Positions 1 to 12,600 of a DNA stretch of 64,000 nt are shown here, piece by piece. How positions within the stretch are numbered: the stretch's first letter is position 1; each line of letters starts with the position of its first letter. This DNA is from Phoronis australis (Eukaryota; Animalia; Phoronida): the NCBI GenBank assembly GCA_002633005.1, contig NMRA01000233.1, forward strand, positions 310,001-374,000. The letters are read 5' to 3'. The notes beneath the pieces were generated by a model. That model ran no database searches, had not been told where the DNA came from, and saw only the letters and a list, made by a program, of their open reading frames with translations. A program made the position numbers and the translations under genes.

Positions 1-1831
1 TCAGCAAATGCAGTGTATTGGTAATATTTTGACTCTACGGAACGCAGCCCAGATTTAACAAAACGGATTCTAAGTATTCAGTACATCCGCCTCGTCTCGT
101 TCTAAAAGTCGACCGTCGTTTGTTGCCGAAAAAAACGCGTTACGTAAAATGAAAGGTATTGGATCTTTCTCCCTTTTATCACCTAATGATCGTTTGTTAT
201 TTGGGTTAACAAATGTTTCTGTGCAATCCCAAAGTGTCTCTGAATTTACTAGGATGTAAACTTTTGGAATCACTGACGCTCAACGACATGCAATATGTTA
301 CTTTCATCTGTACTCGTTGATTTGTTTACATACACTGTTTCCTAATAACGTCTGCACACGATTTTCACGAACCAATCATCGACGCCGTCGACTAATAGCT
401 GTTTTCAGTGAATTCAAACAGTGTCAAATTTGATCTAATTCAGTATTCACACTTTTGCAGAGATACTGGCCTTGTTTATATGAATGCGCTTTACAATGGA
501 ATAGTTTCCCTGTGAAAATCGGTGACCGTGACTGTCGTGTATCCGCAATGAGCAAGTGCGCAATTAGATATATTTTTGTAATAAAATGAATAGGATCTAT
601 TGACATTTTGTACAAGTGAATGTATGAGGATTATGTGTTTGTGAAAATATATAACCTGGGTTCATAAAGGTTTTCGAGTTCCATGTCTGTAGGGTATCTC
701 AGCAACTGCGGAGGTAAATTGCTTCAGTCGTTTTCGTACTGGAATTGTTTCATTAGTAATTAGCTTTGGGGCAAGCCGCCGTTGTAAATTGCACAAATCT
801 CGTTTCTACAAGTCTTGTTCAAGCTGAGCTGTTGATCGGCGACGTTGATTTTGGAATTGTTGGCACTGGGTGAATGAAAACATTTTACGGAAGCTGACAA
901 TGATAATCATGACCAAATTCGAAATTTAATAATAAATATTTAAGAGAATTGTTGTGTGTGATTATATGCGTCAGGCATTGCTTAGTAATATCTACTGTCC
1001 AAGTACCGTGTGTTTTTGCAACCCAAATCAGACTCAACATCACGGGTCTGACTTTTAAGTTTTGGCTTTCAAGTAAGAAACTTGGGCTTAGGCTTCACCC
1101 AGTTATTTCCGAAAAGCAATGAAATCTTAATGAAAGCAGTGGTACAAAGTCATTGAGGAGGTACCCATAACTGTCAGTTAGCGAGATAATTTGTATTAAT
1201 CTATTTCTTGGCTGTGATGTGGTAATACTTACAGTATATGTGGCTGAACCTTTATTCGGTAATTGTTAAGATGGGGATTAAGGTCAAACTGACTCAGTCT
1301 GAAAGGAGAATGCCACCCAAAAACAACCTAGTTTGTATCAAATTAGAGCGAGTTGTTCCACTCGATAACAGCAAGTACAGATCTTTTACGTGACACATGA
1401 CTGCAGACGGAGGTGTTGAAATTCAACAATGACGTCAGAGGTTCAAATGCAGTACGTTCAGCAGTTCACAACACGCTTACTGGTGTCAGCCTATCGCTTG
1501 AATTCATCGTTTTACACCCATAAATCATCAACATTCGATGTAAAACCCTTACAAATATAGCGAGTGATTGAACAAATGTGTTCTTTTATTTCGCTGTTGC
1601 CAATTTTTGGGTATTTGTACGTACCGTAGCGTTCAGAGTTTAGGCCAATTTGCCAAAGTCGGTCGAGGCAGTTTGGGGTCTGTTCGGTGATAATTTCAAA
1701 CTATTTGTCCGTGCAATACAGACAAGAGAACATACCTGTGTGTTGTAATTTAAGACTTGCGATTTTTTCAGTTTTAAACACACAAAAGGCTTGCTATCCC
1801 GGCCAGTGGCTCGGAACCCGATCAGGCTCAT

Positions 1832-2220
1832 CTATTTATTTATTATTGTGATATTTAAAATGAGGGTGGCCTATTGAGTGATAGCACTGCTTTCCAAGAG
1901 GTCCCTCAACAACAAAATATAAAACAGTAATATAATACAGTGAAGTAATAAAACAACAATTAAATACACGTAACAAAGATTCAATTAAAACAGGTTGAGA
2001 ATTACGAAATAAATAAATGACGAAGAATGGTGAAAAATTAACTAAGAGAGATGAAATAAATAAAGAGATGATTTCAAATAGTGAGAGTATTTACGACAAT
2101 GAAAAAAATGACATCACGGCTGGACTGAAGAAATCACGAACATAAACCACCCAAAGTTGAAAACTAAACTTCCACTCACGAAAGACCTGCTAGTGAGCCA
2201 AAGGAAAAATGTGTACGTGA
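1832..2220 (-). mobile_element. Probable 3' end (UTR and tail) of a CR1/L2-type LINE
   Basis: Minus strand reads GAGGGACCTCTTGGAAAGCAGTG...GGCCACCCTC followed by an (AATA)n-like tail, resembling invertebrate CR1/L2 3' ends. No clear RT remnant; boundaries are approximate. Confidence 0.35.
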
Positions 2221-2632
2221 TTATTTTGGTGATTTAAGCCCGAAACTGCAAATCAGATTACTAGCTTGTCGGGGGCTGCAAAATCACGTTTCCCTTCCAC
2301 AGAAAGGCGTCAAGTCAAAAGTTGTACAGTAACAATAATTCGAATAATGTATATGAATATCGAAATAAAGATTCCCATAACATCTAACCATAGGATATAA
2401 AATCAAGTTATTGTTTCACAACAGCTTTCTGTCAGCAATGCACACGGCCTCCGTGCCCGGTTAATCAGCTTGTTGCATCCGTTTTTAAGCCGGTAACGTG
2501 GTGATTTAATCATCGTTGGCTTTTCAAAACATTTGCACTTACGAACACTCCAAGGCATTACAAATTGTATCTAATGAGACAGACTTTGTTTCAGTTTTAT
2601 ATAAGCATTGGTTAGGGTGAGAATAATTCATT

Positions 2633-3110
2633 TTGAAACTGAACGCAGTAATAAACGTCAACGGGGCAACTCGCAATCCGGACTTAGACGAGTTCTCATC
2701 CGACGAAGACTTCACAGTTGGATCGTCGGGTTTCGCAGGCTATCACTTCGAACCGAAATACACTGACCAAGAAATTGTAGAGAAGCTCCGTGAATTTGCA
2801 CAGACAACGGAACATATGAATCGTTCCGACAACCGTTTGAATGACTTGTCATGGTCAGCGCCCTAAGTGCATGATTATGGAAACGATTGACACTTTCGTT
2901 TGCTGCCACGAAATTCCGCAAGTGAAACGCCTGCTTAAAGAAGTGCAGACGTGTCTCACGTACCATCCCGATTTTGCACCGCATCTAAACAGAGGTGTGC
3001 TTACGACGTTTTTACAGTTGAGAAAAAGAAATGGCGAAAACATCCTACACCCAGCTAGAGGACCAAACAGAAGTCTCATGAACGAGTCACCCATCAAAGA
3101 GGTTATATAA
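2633..3110 (+). pseudogene. KolX / P2X7 C-terminal-like protein fragment (Kolobok second ORF), frameshifted
   Basis: Two overlapping ORFs join into acidic tract-GYHFEPKYT...RLNDLSW-(shift)-KCMIMETIDTFVCCHEIPQV...CLTYHPDF. This fits the WCxCxxCxxMxTxxExxCC...C(I/L)TxHxxF pattern of P2X7-like/KolX proteins, and the same GYxFEPxY motif occurs in the Kolobok at 55.7 kb. Confidence 0.7.
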
Positions 3111-3649
3111 AACGTTACGTTCTCACGTTTTGAATTAATTGTAACTAGCTGGAACCCGTGCTTCGTGCGGTTACCAGCTATTGTAAGGGAATTAGATTTA
3201 GCCTGTTTACCCTATACATGGGAAGTTGCCCTGGTGATACATTCTTCAGTTCGGAAACAAAAATATCACGTAAAAGCTATGCTGTTATCAATACTTTTAA
3301 GTATTGTTTGCTGTTGCCATCCATTTTTGCTTATCGATTTTCACTTTTTGTTGAATCTCACTGTTATAGTTAGTTCACCGTGCACAGATGTGATGGTGGT
3401 ACTACCACGAGGTAGATACACGCATTGCGTCCTTATTACCATACCTCGAATTCACATGTACATGTCTTTTCATGAATGTAGGTTTCACGTGTTTAGCTGC
3501 AGTGAACAAAGTCCTCAATCAAATTATCTTGGTGCTATTGCCATTATAGTGTGGTGCCACCTATCAGTTATAACGATTTGTTAAGTCACTGTACTTTAGT
3601 CTCGTTTTTCAATTATTACAACGTCAAGTGTCTGCTCCATATGTCTGCT

Positions 3650-5295
3650 TCATTTGAGCACCATATCATAACCCACGGACCACCGGTCCACACACGTGCA
3701 TGACGTTTGATTCCTGAAAGACTGACGGCGGCGAAAGATGAATTTCTGCGAGTGGAAAAGATGTGTATAATACGTCGATCCAATTCACCGTGGTCTTCAA
3801 CGCTCCATGTCGTCCCCAAACCTGGCGGTCTATGGCGCCCTTGTGGTCACTGCAGACAACTTAATACTTCTACCACTGATGACTGCCACCCTTTACCGCA
3901 TATTCATGATTTCAACAACCATCTGACCGGATGTCAAGTTTTTTACAAAATTTATCTGGTTCGGCGCTATCACCATATTCCGGTGGCGCCGTTTTCTGTG
4001 CCCAAAACTGAAATAATCACACCTTTTGGATTGTGGGAATTCCTTCGCATGCCCTTTGGCCTCAAGAAAGCTGCCCAGGCTTTCCAGCGCCTTATGGATG
4101 ATATTTTCAGGGACATTTCGTTCGCTTTTGTCTACCTTGATGACATCGTGGTGGCCAGCCGCTCGCATGCCGAAAATCTGGAACATCTTCGTCAGTTCTT
4201 CATGCTGCTGTCCTCCAACGGTCTCGTCATCAATAAGCCCAAGTGCGTTTCCGGCGCTGCCAAATTGGCTTTCCTTGGACACCACGTTACAGACCGAGGG
4301 ATCCTTCCACTCCCCGAATGCGTGGCCTCTATTCAAGATTGTGCTCCCCCAGCCAATCGCACTGAGCTGCAACGATTTCTGGGATTGATGAACTACTATC
4401 ACCGTTTTGCTCCACACATCGCGGATGCCCTGACTCCCCTCCATGCGCAGGCTAGCGATAAAGGTCTAGCTATTACCTGGTCAGCTGACTGTCAAACTAC
4501 TTTCGAAATGGCCAAAGACGCCCTTTAAAAAAGCTGTGCTCTTGCGTCACCCTCACCCGACCTCGCCTACATGCGTTACGGTCGATATCTAAAAAGGCCA
4601 TCGGTACTCAATTGACGCAACTTCAGGACGGTGCTTGGGTTCCTCTTGCTTTCTTCTAGCGCAAGCTTTCCGAAACAGAACAAAAGTACAGCGCTTTCGA
4701 CCATGAGCTCCTGGCAGCCTATAACGCAATTAAGCACTTCAAGGATGTTTTAGAGGGCCGGCCATTTGCGTTGTACACTGACCACAAGCCCTTAGTGTCA
4801 GCGTTGAACAGCGGCAGTGAGCATTCCCCACGTCAGGCACGGCACCTCGCTTTTATAGCCGAGTTCACTACGGACATCCGATAACTTAAAGGCAAGTTTA
4901 ACGTCGTGACTGACGCACTATCCCGTTTAGACATCAACGGCATATCCAGTGACCCTCGCATCTTTTCTGTTGGTAACTTCAGCGAACTGGCTCATGACCA
5001 AGACCAGTCTTCCGAAATTGCGGAATATCGTACCACTACAACGGGCCTTCATCTACAAGATATTCCGTTTGGTGACACGACCCTGTTTTGTGATACGTCC
5101 ACTGGCACACCCCAACCTGTGTTGCCCTCCACTTGGACCCGTGCTGTTTTCGGTCGTATTCACGGGTTGTCTCACGCTGGCGTTCGCCCTACTCAGCACG
5201 CTATCACTCAGCGCTTTGTCTGGCGTGGTATGAAACGCGATATACAGCGGTGGTGCAAAGAGTGTCATGCATGTCAAGCTTCCAAGATACATCGA
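3650..5295 (+). mobile_element. Decayed Ty3/Gypsy pol fragment (RT, RNase H, integrase HHCC zinc finger)
   Basis: HHIITHGPPV, SPWSSTLHVVPK, PFGL and YLDD (RT); LYTDHKPL (RNase H); HGLSHAG...CKECHACQ (integrase Zn finger). Several stops and frameshifts; truncated before the integrase core; no LTRs seen. Confidence 0.92.
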
Positions 5296-6254
5296 AAACT
5301 TAATTTGCCTTAGTTTTCGTCTTGGAAGTAATAGGCTCTAAATTTTCACAAAAAACTGTCAGACTACTGGCTACTCCAATGTCAAGGTATTTGCAAAAGA
5401 TGGCGTCTTCTGTAAGAACTAGACTGCGTTAGTTTTCAGCTTTCGAGAATTCTTCCAGAGTTGATCATTTGTCGTCAGCTGATACAATACTAGTACTAAA
5501 TGATTTTGTTGAGGGGGTACATACAGCGTGATATAATTGTAGGTTTTGTTGTTAACTTGACAGTTAAATTCGGACTACTTTTAAAGGTGTATTTTAGCTT
5601 TACTGTCTCTTTAATGTTGCTAAGGAGAAACCTGAAAATTAAACTTGTCCATCTGTTCTTATCATTGTCTGGACAATATTTTGTTGATTTAGTAGAGTCC
5701 TGTTTCAGTGGCGTGCAGGAGAGCCCGTGATTTGAAATTTTGTGGGCGTGTTAAGTTGACGCAGAGCAAGTGTCTGACACTTGCTGTCATGGGTTACGAA
5801 TTTTGTCCCGTGCTCTGTTACCTATGCCCAGGTAATGACGCACGGATTACAGTGACGTTGTGCCTTGCGTAATTTCCAGAATAAAACTTCATCTGTGGCT
5901 GTTTTCTGAATTTTGTGACTATGCTCTCTTTTTGCATGATATACTTCTCCTTTTCAGTTTCTTCATTGTTTTGTTTGATCTGTTTGGTGTAAATATATGT
6001 GCTTGAATGGAAATGTTTGTGTGAGCGGCTAGCGAGCTCTCTCTGTATGTGTTGTAAAGCGTTCACCTGTCATTGGTTTCAGTGGATTGTCGTGCAGCGA
6101 AGGACTATTTCATTTGTAAGCATGCCGGGGGAAGTTGGGGAGAGCGTGAATGTAAGAAATTGGCGAGGGTCCGATATGAGTACTGCCCGATTACTTGCCA
6201 CTTGTGTCCAGGTGAGAATAAGAATTTTCCACTAAAGGTTTGAAATATATACAA

Positions 6255-6415
6255 AGGCGTAGATCCAGGAGGGAAGTCAAGGGGATACGGACATCCCTCT
6301 CGGTCACTTTTACATTGGCGTAATAGACGAAATGCATCCTATGTAGGTCCATTGTCAGATTCACTCTGGCTAAGATTCTTCAGGCCCCCTTTGGCTGTAA
6401 ACTGGATCTGGGCCT
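6255..6415. mobile_element. MITE (non-autonomous DNA transposon)
   Basis: Imperfect TIRs AGGCGTAGATCCAG / CTGGATCTGGGCCT, with ACAA on both sides (possible 4-bp TSD). Confidence 0.6.
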
Positions 6416-6979
6416 ACAAAAGGAATACTGGTAGCATCTTATCAGAGTTTTTTTTGCTATGCTCTGTGTGCGTTTCTTGTACGGAATCTGTGTTTCCTTT
6501 GAATTGTTCTTGTTTCTGTGTAGGAACATATGCACGAATCTATTGATTGTTCTTACACCGATATGTTGTATTTCTAAATTAATTATAAAATATCCTTTTA
6601 CTGTAATACTAGTTATTCTTGTTAGCTGTACTGTTAAGTTCATTGTTGTTCTGCACAACGTGTTTCATTAGCGGTATGTGTTTCGACGTAAGGCGTCTGG
6701 AAAGGCAAATCGACTAGTTATCTTTGTTATCTGCGAAAGAGCAACATTATATTAATTCAAAAAGGAAAACGTATAATTGTTGGGTACATTTAGTAGATTT
6801 GAATATCCTCTATTTGAACAACAATTACGCAGCTTCCGCGATTAATTTTACAGTAGAAATTATAGATTCCGTTGAACTCTTAGTTCGAACATAAACTTTT
6901 GTAAGATAAAGCAAATCCCAGCATTCCGCTGTACCCATTTGGGCTAGAGTTTGTATCTTATTTGAAATGTACAATATGA

Positions 6980-7277
6980 AACTTTGGAGATTGTCATACC
7001 ATAGAGGTATCAAGAAAATTTGAAACGTTACACAATGTACAAACAGCTCCTGGTGAAGAGAAACTTTTCTGGGAAGTTAGCAAAAATGACGGGAAAGTAG
7101 GAAACGCTCAGAAGGAACCAGATTCAGACATACACGGGACGGAACCGATAGAAACGGTCAGTGAGCCAGAATCCGACAACGAACAAAGTTCAACTCAACC
7201 CATGAACAAGCCCTCGCCATCCACTAGCACGCTGACGACGACGACTAAGAGACCAGTTGGAACAAAAATTCATGATG
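6980..7277 (+). CDS. Candidate internal exon, acidic/Ser/Thr/Pro-rich linker
   Basis: About 100 codons without a stop (...EKLFWEVSKNDGKVGNAQKEPDSDIHGTEPIETVSEPESDNEQSSTQPMNKPSPSTSTLTTTTKRPVGTKIHD) ending at a phase-1 donor G|GTATGT. Acceptor uncertain. Confidence 0.35.
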
Positions 7278-8020
7278 GTATGTATTATTGTTTAAAAGTT
7301 TCAAACGCATTTCGCACTCCATGTCGTTCACACGTGTACACTGTGTTTGTACGTAGGACGTGAAGCCAAATTTCATGTCCACTATGATTGAGCTTAATAT
7401 AGAAATAACGCTAAACACTTTTGATTGAAAACTAACATTCTTTTATGCAAAACTACAGAACTACTCTCTCAACTTGCTGTCAAAACGTACGCTTCAAAAG
7501 TAGTTCGAAATTCTTTTTCTCGGTAGCTGAAAGTTGTCAAGGACTTCGGTGCGAAACGTGCTCCGTAATTTGAAGATCAGGTGTGTCGACATGTGTTGCG
7601 GATTCTCGACTTGCACTCAGTACCCTCGACTTATTATTAGCCAACAAGCGCAGCTTTCGGTTATTTAACTCTAAAGGTCTACGTTGATCTTTTCAGGGTA
7701 TCTCTTTAGCCACTGAACTATTTACTCTTCCCCAGGGATGTGTGTTGCATCACATTTTACTTTGTTAATCACATGTTTATTTCCAGCCTGGAAATTATCT
7801 TCGGATGAGAGTTGCGTTGTTTAAAAGTGACACCGCGACCGCGTTTCGTGCTTTACTAAACCTCCGAGCAGCGCGGAGAAACAACAATACCTTTTATGGG
7901 CATGACAGTCTTTGAAATGCTGACTTGCCTTATTTCAAGGCTCGATTTTTCGTCTTAACATTGCATTAAAACACTCAACACTCAATCACTCAATGGCTAT
8001 TTATGAAACGGGATGTCCCA

Positions 8021-8028
8021 TTATATAC

Positions 8029-8106
<78 letters not shown>
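8021..8106. repeat. Compound microsatellite (TA)n(GA)n
   Basis: Directly visible. Confidence 0.95.
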
Positions 8107-8110
<4 letters not shown>

Positions 8111-9510
8111 ACTGATTGTTTGCTGTAAATTTATGCCGCACTTTACCGGTCGCATTTTTTGTCTGATTTTTATCAAATTTACACACAACCTCCAGTTCTA
8201 GCTGTCCTGGAAGCCTATTGTTTTTCGTCATTATCGCATTCAAGATGGCGGATGTGACGGCCATTTTGTTTCCAATTTTAGATTCAAATAGTCATAGAGG
8301 CCGCACTTTTTGACGTACACGGTTGAAAATTAGCACATATATAAAAGCTGATAAGTACTAAAGACTCGACTGAAATCATGAACTTCCGGTCAAAGTTGGC
8401 AAAAATATTGGCAATTGCAAATGTGAACCTCAATTTCGGGCTGTAACGTTTTGTTTGGGGGCCTATAACACACATATTGCTTTTTGAAGAGATGCTAACT
8501 ACATGTATCCCATATATATGAAAATATGGCCATTGTATATGTGACGTATTCAACTGTGATGTACGGAAAGTAGAGCCAATCCGTAGATCACGGTAAAAGC
8601 CGTATTCAACACTATAAACCGTATTTCACGGTTGGCGTGCAGTCTGCTGGTGGAGTAAATTCGGGTGTACAACGCCAGATTTTATTGGGCTCAATCATTT
8701 GGGTTACCTAACTCATTAATTTAAGGCATCGTTCCTGAAAAAGCAGTTTTACTGCTCTAAAAATAGAAAAGATTTACGCTGAAGTTTCAATCTGGGTCAT
8801 CATACATATACATGTATATAGGTTAAACTAAGTAAGGTCACCGACTAGTAAAATCCGCCAAAATCTAATTCAAATCAAAGAAAAACGTTTCGTTTTGGAT
8901 GCATACAGTATATCTACCCTGAGGTCTAAGGTATTTGCTGGAAATTAAGACCTAATAACGAATATGTGCTTCTTCACTGAGGCAATCGTCTGCTCGCAGC
9001 GTTCAACTCTCCGCTGCCGGCCGTGGCGTAAAACTTCTGCTTTGCGATAGTCCTTACATCACGTTTTGCAGATCAGCACAGTTTCCACCATTATTTTCCA
9101 ATACTGTAATCAATTATTTCTATTACTATTTACATTCCAGTAGCTAAGATACGAAAATAGACCAAGAAAAATAAGAAATTCCTCGAAACTAAAACCACAA
9201 GTTCAGTGTTGCAAACAACTCAGTTCAGGGAATGTTTCAATTTTTATATTCCCGGATGGATTGTTTCTAAGTTTCCGACAAACTTTTGATATAATTGAAT
9301 GGTTCAGTGCTTTAACTTGTATATTTGACAATCTAAAAATACCGATCAATTTATTACGAAATAAAACTTTACTGGTTATTCAACACTTTCACAGATTGTA
9401 TTGTAGCTTACCGTATTTTGCATACATATGACGTCATATAACAACTAGCCGGATCACAAGGCAACAAGGTATTGCCACGATGATGCAAAAAGTCCAAATA
9501 TATGGGATAA

Positions 9511-9645
9511 ATAGGTTATCCCACATACATAGGAATACTACTACGATATCCTATCTCGAATGCATTTCATCTGGGAATGTCCCAGATGAAATGAATTTTC
9601 GATAAGATATGGCAGTAGTATTCCAATGTATGTGGGATAACCTAT
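9511..9645. mobile_element. Almost fully palindromic ~135-bp hairpin element (MITE-like)
   Basis: ATAGGTTATCCCACATACAT...CATTTCATCTGGGA-ATG-TCCCAGATGAAATG...ATGTATGTGGGATAACCTAT; the arms pair along nearly the whole length. Confidence 0.8.
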
Positions 9646-9679
9646 ATATAATGTGGAAATACTAGTAAAAATGTCTATA

Positions 9680-12600
9680 CACTACGGAATCCTTTACCAC
9701 ACTGACTGTAGAGTCTAACAGAGTCATCTCTGAGACTCATGGCTTCAATGTTCGTGGTTGGCACACCTTCTAATGGTGTGTGGTCGGCACAGCAACCTCC
9801 CCCGCTCATCAAGCATAAGTGCGGAAATCGAGTCGGTGGCAGTCTTCTGTTGGAGCGGGACGATCGCCGCGGCACGTCAGAGTGGTCATGGTAACACGCG
9901 AAGTTGAAGCAGGTATCGGGTGCCAATTCGAAAACCTTTCGCATGCGGCGGGCATTCCAGAGCTGACCGTCTGAAAGGCGATACGTCCAGTTGCGAATGC
10001 AGACGACAACTTTTAGAGGCGTTGACCAGGGTGACGATCCTTTCAGAGTATGCGTTTTCTTCACGCGGATGGAATTTTCAGTTTTGTAGGGTCCTCTGTG
10101 TGTCACTGATGTAGGTTTTAGTCGAGCGGACTCGGGCTGCTCCTCATATAAGACCGGGACTCGCTCCACGTACTCCACTAGGGGTCTGAACGACCTCGTA
10201 GGCAAGTCGAAATTGGCGGTTTAAGAAGCGTTCAGCCGGGCTGTTGTCAGTCAGCTGCGGAGCAGATGTAGCCCGAAAATAAGCCAGTAAATTCTCTAGG
10301 TGTTGGTCCCATGGAATATGGTCTCCCTTGGTTTGTATGCCGTTCTTCAAATAACGGTTGAAAACTTCAATTTTGCCATTTTTGTGGGTTGTAGACTACA
10401 ATGTCTTCGTGGAAAATGTCTCTGTTACCCAGGAACCCCTCAAAGTCGTAGGTCAGAGACAAATATGTCGGGGTTGCCAAAGGTCGAAAAAAGATTGCGC
10501 AACAAGCGGATAACAGTAGCAGTGGTAATGTCGCCCGTGCTGAGAATGAAGGGGAATGACGAATGGTAATCAATGGCAGCTAGTATGAAACGTTTGTTCG
10601 GAGGTGCGGTGGCAAAAGGTCCAGTGAATGTCAATGCCGATCTTTTTCCAGGGCTCGGTTGGCGGTGGTGTGGCAGTTGAGGATACGTGGTATGCTGGAG
10701 CAGATTTATTGGAATCCTGGCACGAAGCACAATATTGCACTGAATGTTCCACCTCTTTATCCATCCCAGACCACCAGAAGTCTTCACGTAGTTTGTGTTT
10801 CATCTGGCAAATACCGGGGTGGCCTACGTGTGCCATCTGTAGGATTTGCTGCCGGAAAGTGTCTGGAACGACAATGCATGTAATAGCAGCGGTGTAAGAG
10901 CTTCCCCGTAGGCCTACCAAGTAACAATCTTCCAGAGACAGTTCGTTACGAACTTGGTAGAAACGTTGTAGAGCCGGAGACAGGTTTGTTTTGGAGGGCC
11001 ATCCATTGCGTACGTAATTTATCAGCATTGCGTAAGTGGTGTATTTGCTGCAGGCAGAGCGAATGTCGTCTAGTGAAAAACCGTCATTACTCGCAGTGGT
11101 GAGGATGGCTTTGACGGATGGGTCGTTGACCCCGGCGACCACGTCACTTGTCGTAGTCAAGCGACTTAAATAGTCTGCGGGAACATTGTCCTGCCCTTTT
11201 CTGTACTCCAGAGTGTAGTTGAAAACGGCAAGGCGGTCATTCCAACGGAGGAATTTACCACGTTTTCTGCCTGTGTCGGTCTGACTCAGCATTGCCGTAA
11301 GTGCTGAGTGGTCCGTGCGTATATTGAAATGTCGTCCTAGCAAGAACTTCTCCCAGTACTCCGAGAAGTGGACCACGGCAAGAGCTTCACACTCATTTAC
11401 TGCATAAGAGCGCTGGCGCTCATCCAGCGTTTTGCTGCCAAACGGAATGGGCACTTCCTTTCCGTTTTGAATTTGCCACAGTACAGCACCAAGGCCGACA
11501 CCAGACGCGTCAGTGGAGAGGATAATGTCGCATGCAGGGTCGAAAAAGTGTAGTTCCAAGTTCTGACACAGCATTACTTTTAGTGTGTCAAATGCCTGTT
11601 GGCACTTTGCAGACCACACAATTTTCGCATTGTTTCGTGTAAGGGCACGTAGTGGCTCGGACATCTCAGCAAAAGGGTCCAAGAAATCTTTGTAGTAGTT
11701 GAGTAAACCTAGGAATCGTTGCAGGTCCTTCAGAGACGTCGGAACAGGTGCATTGGGCACAGCGGCAAGGTTTGCAGGGTCGGGTTTCACTTTGTTGGCG
11801 ACAATATAACCCAAGTATGGCAACTCTTCGACACCAATGACGCATATCTTGAGATTGACACGTAGGTTATTTTCACACCCACGACTGCAATGTCGTCCAT
11901 GTTGGCCTTGCACCCAGGACGGCCTCTTGCAATGTTGGAAATGAGGCACTGGAAAACAGCGGCGCTGTCTGTAAAACCCATAGGCAGGCGGTTGTAGGCA
12001 TACAACCCCTTGGGTGTAATTGTAGTAGTAAGCAGACGACTCTCAGCGTCGAGCATCGTATTCAAGTAACCCCACCAAATATCAATTTTAGCATGATACT
12101 TGGCGCCCTGCAAATTCTGGATGACATCGCTGATAACGGGAAGGGGAAATCGAGATGGTAATAGCGACGATTCAGGCTTGTCGGGTCAGTAGTAGTACGC
12201 ACGGAACAATCCGGTTTATCCTCAGTTACCAGCAGGTGTTGCCACAAGGGTCGTTCGTGTGGCTGGATTTTAGACCATATTCCCTGTGCTTCCATTTGGT
12301 CAATGGTTTTTGCAGCTACTGCGCGGCGGTAATATGGTATCGGTCGCAGGGAGGCACATGAAGGCAGAGCATTGGGTTGCAGATGTATGGTGTGGGCAAA
12401 ATCAGGAAAAAAGCCAATGGTAGGTTCTGTAAGCTTAGGGTATTTGCTTATCAGACGAAGGCAGTCTTCACCGGTGCGGCAACTTGTAGTAACGGCTTGA
12501 ACTGACTGCATAGAGCCATCCAGTGTGTCTAACTGTAAAGCAGTGATGGCATTTTTCCCAGCAATAAGCGCACACTGGTTGGGAGTAACGTAGATTGTGA

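Noticed and set aside
1-900. Short minus-strand ORFs that look vaguely protein-like
   Set aside because: Stops in all frames and no recognisable motif or consistent splice structure.
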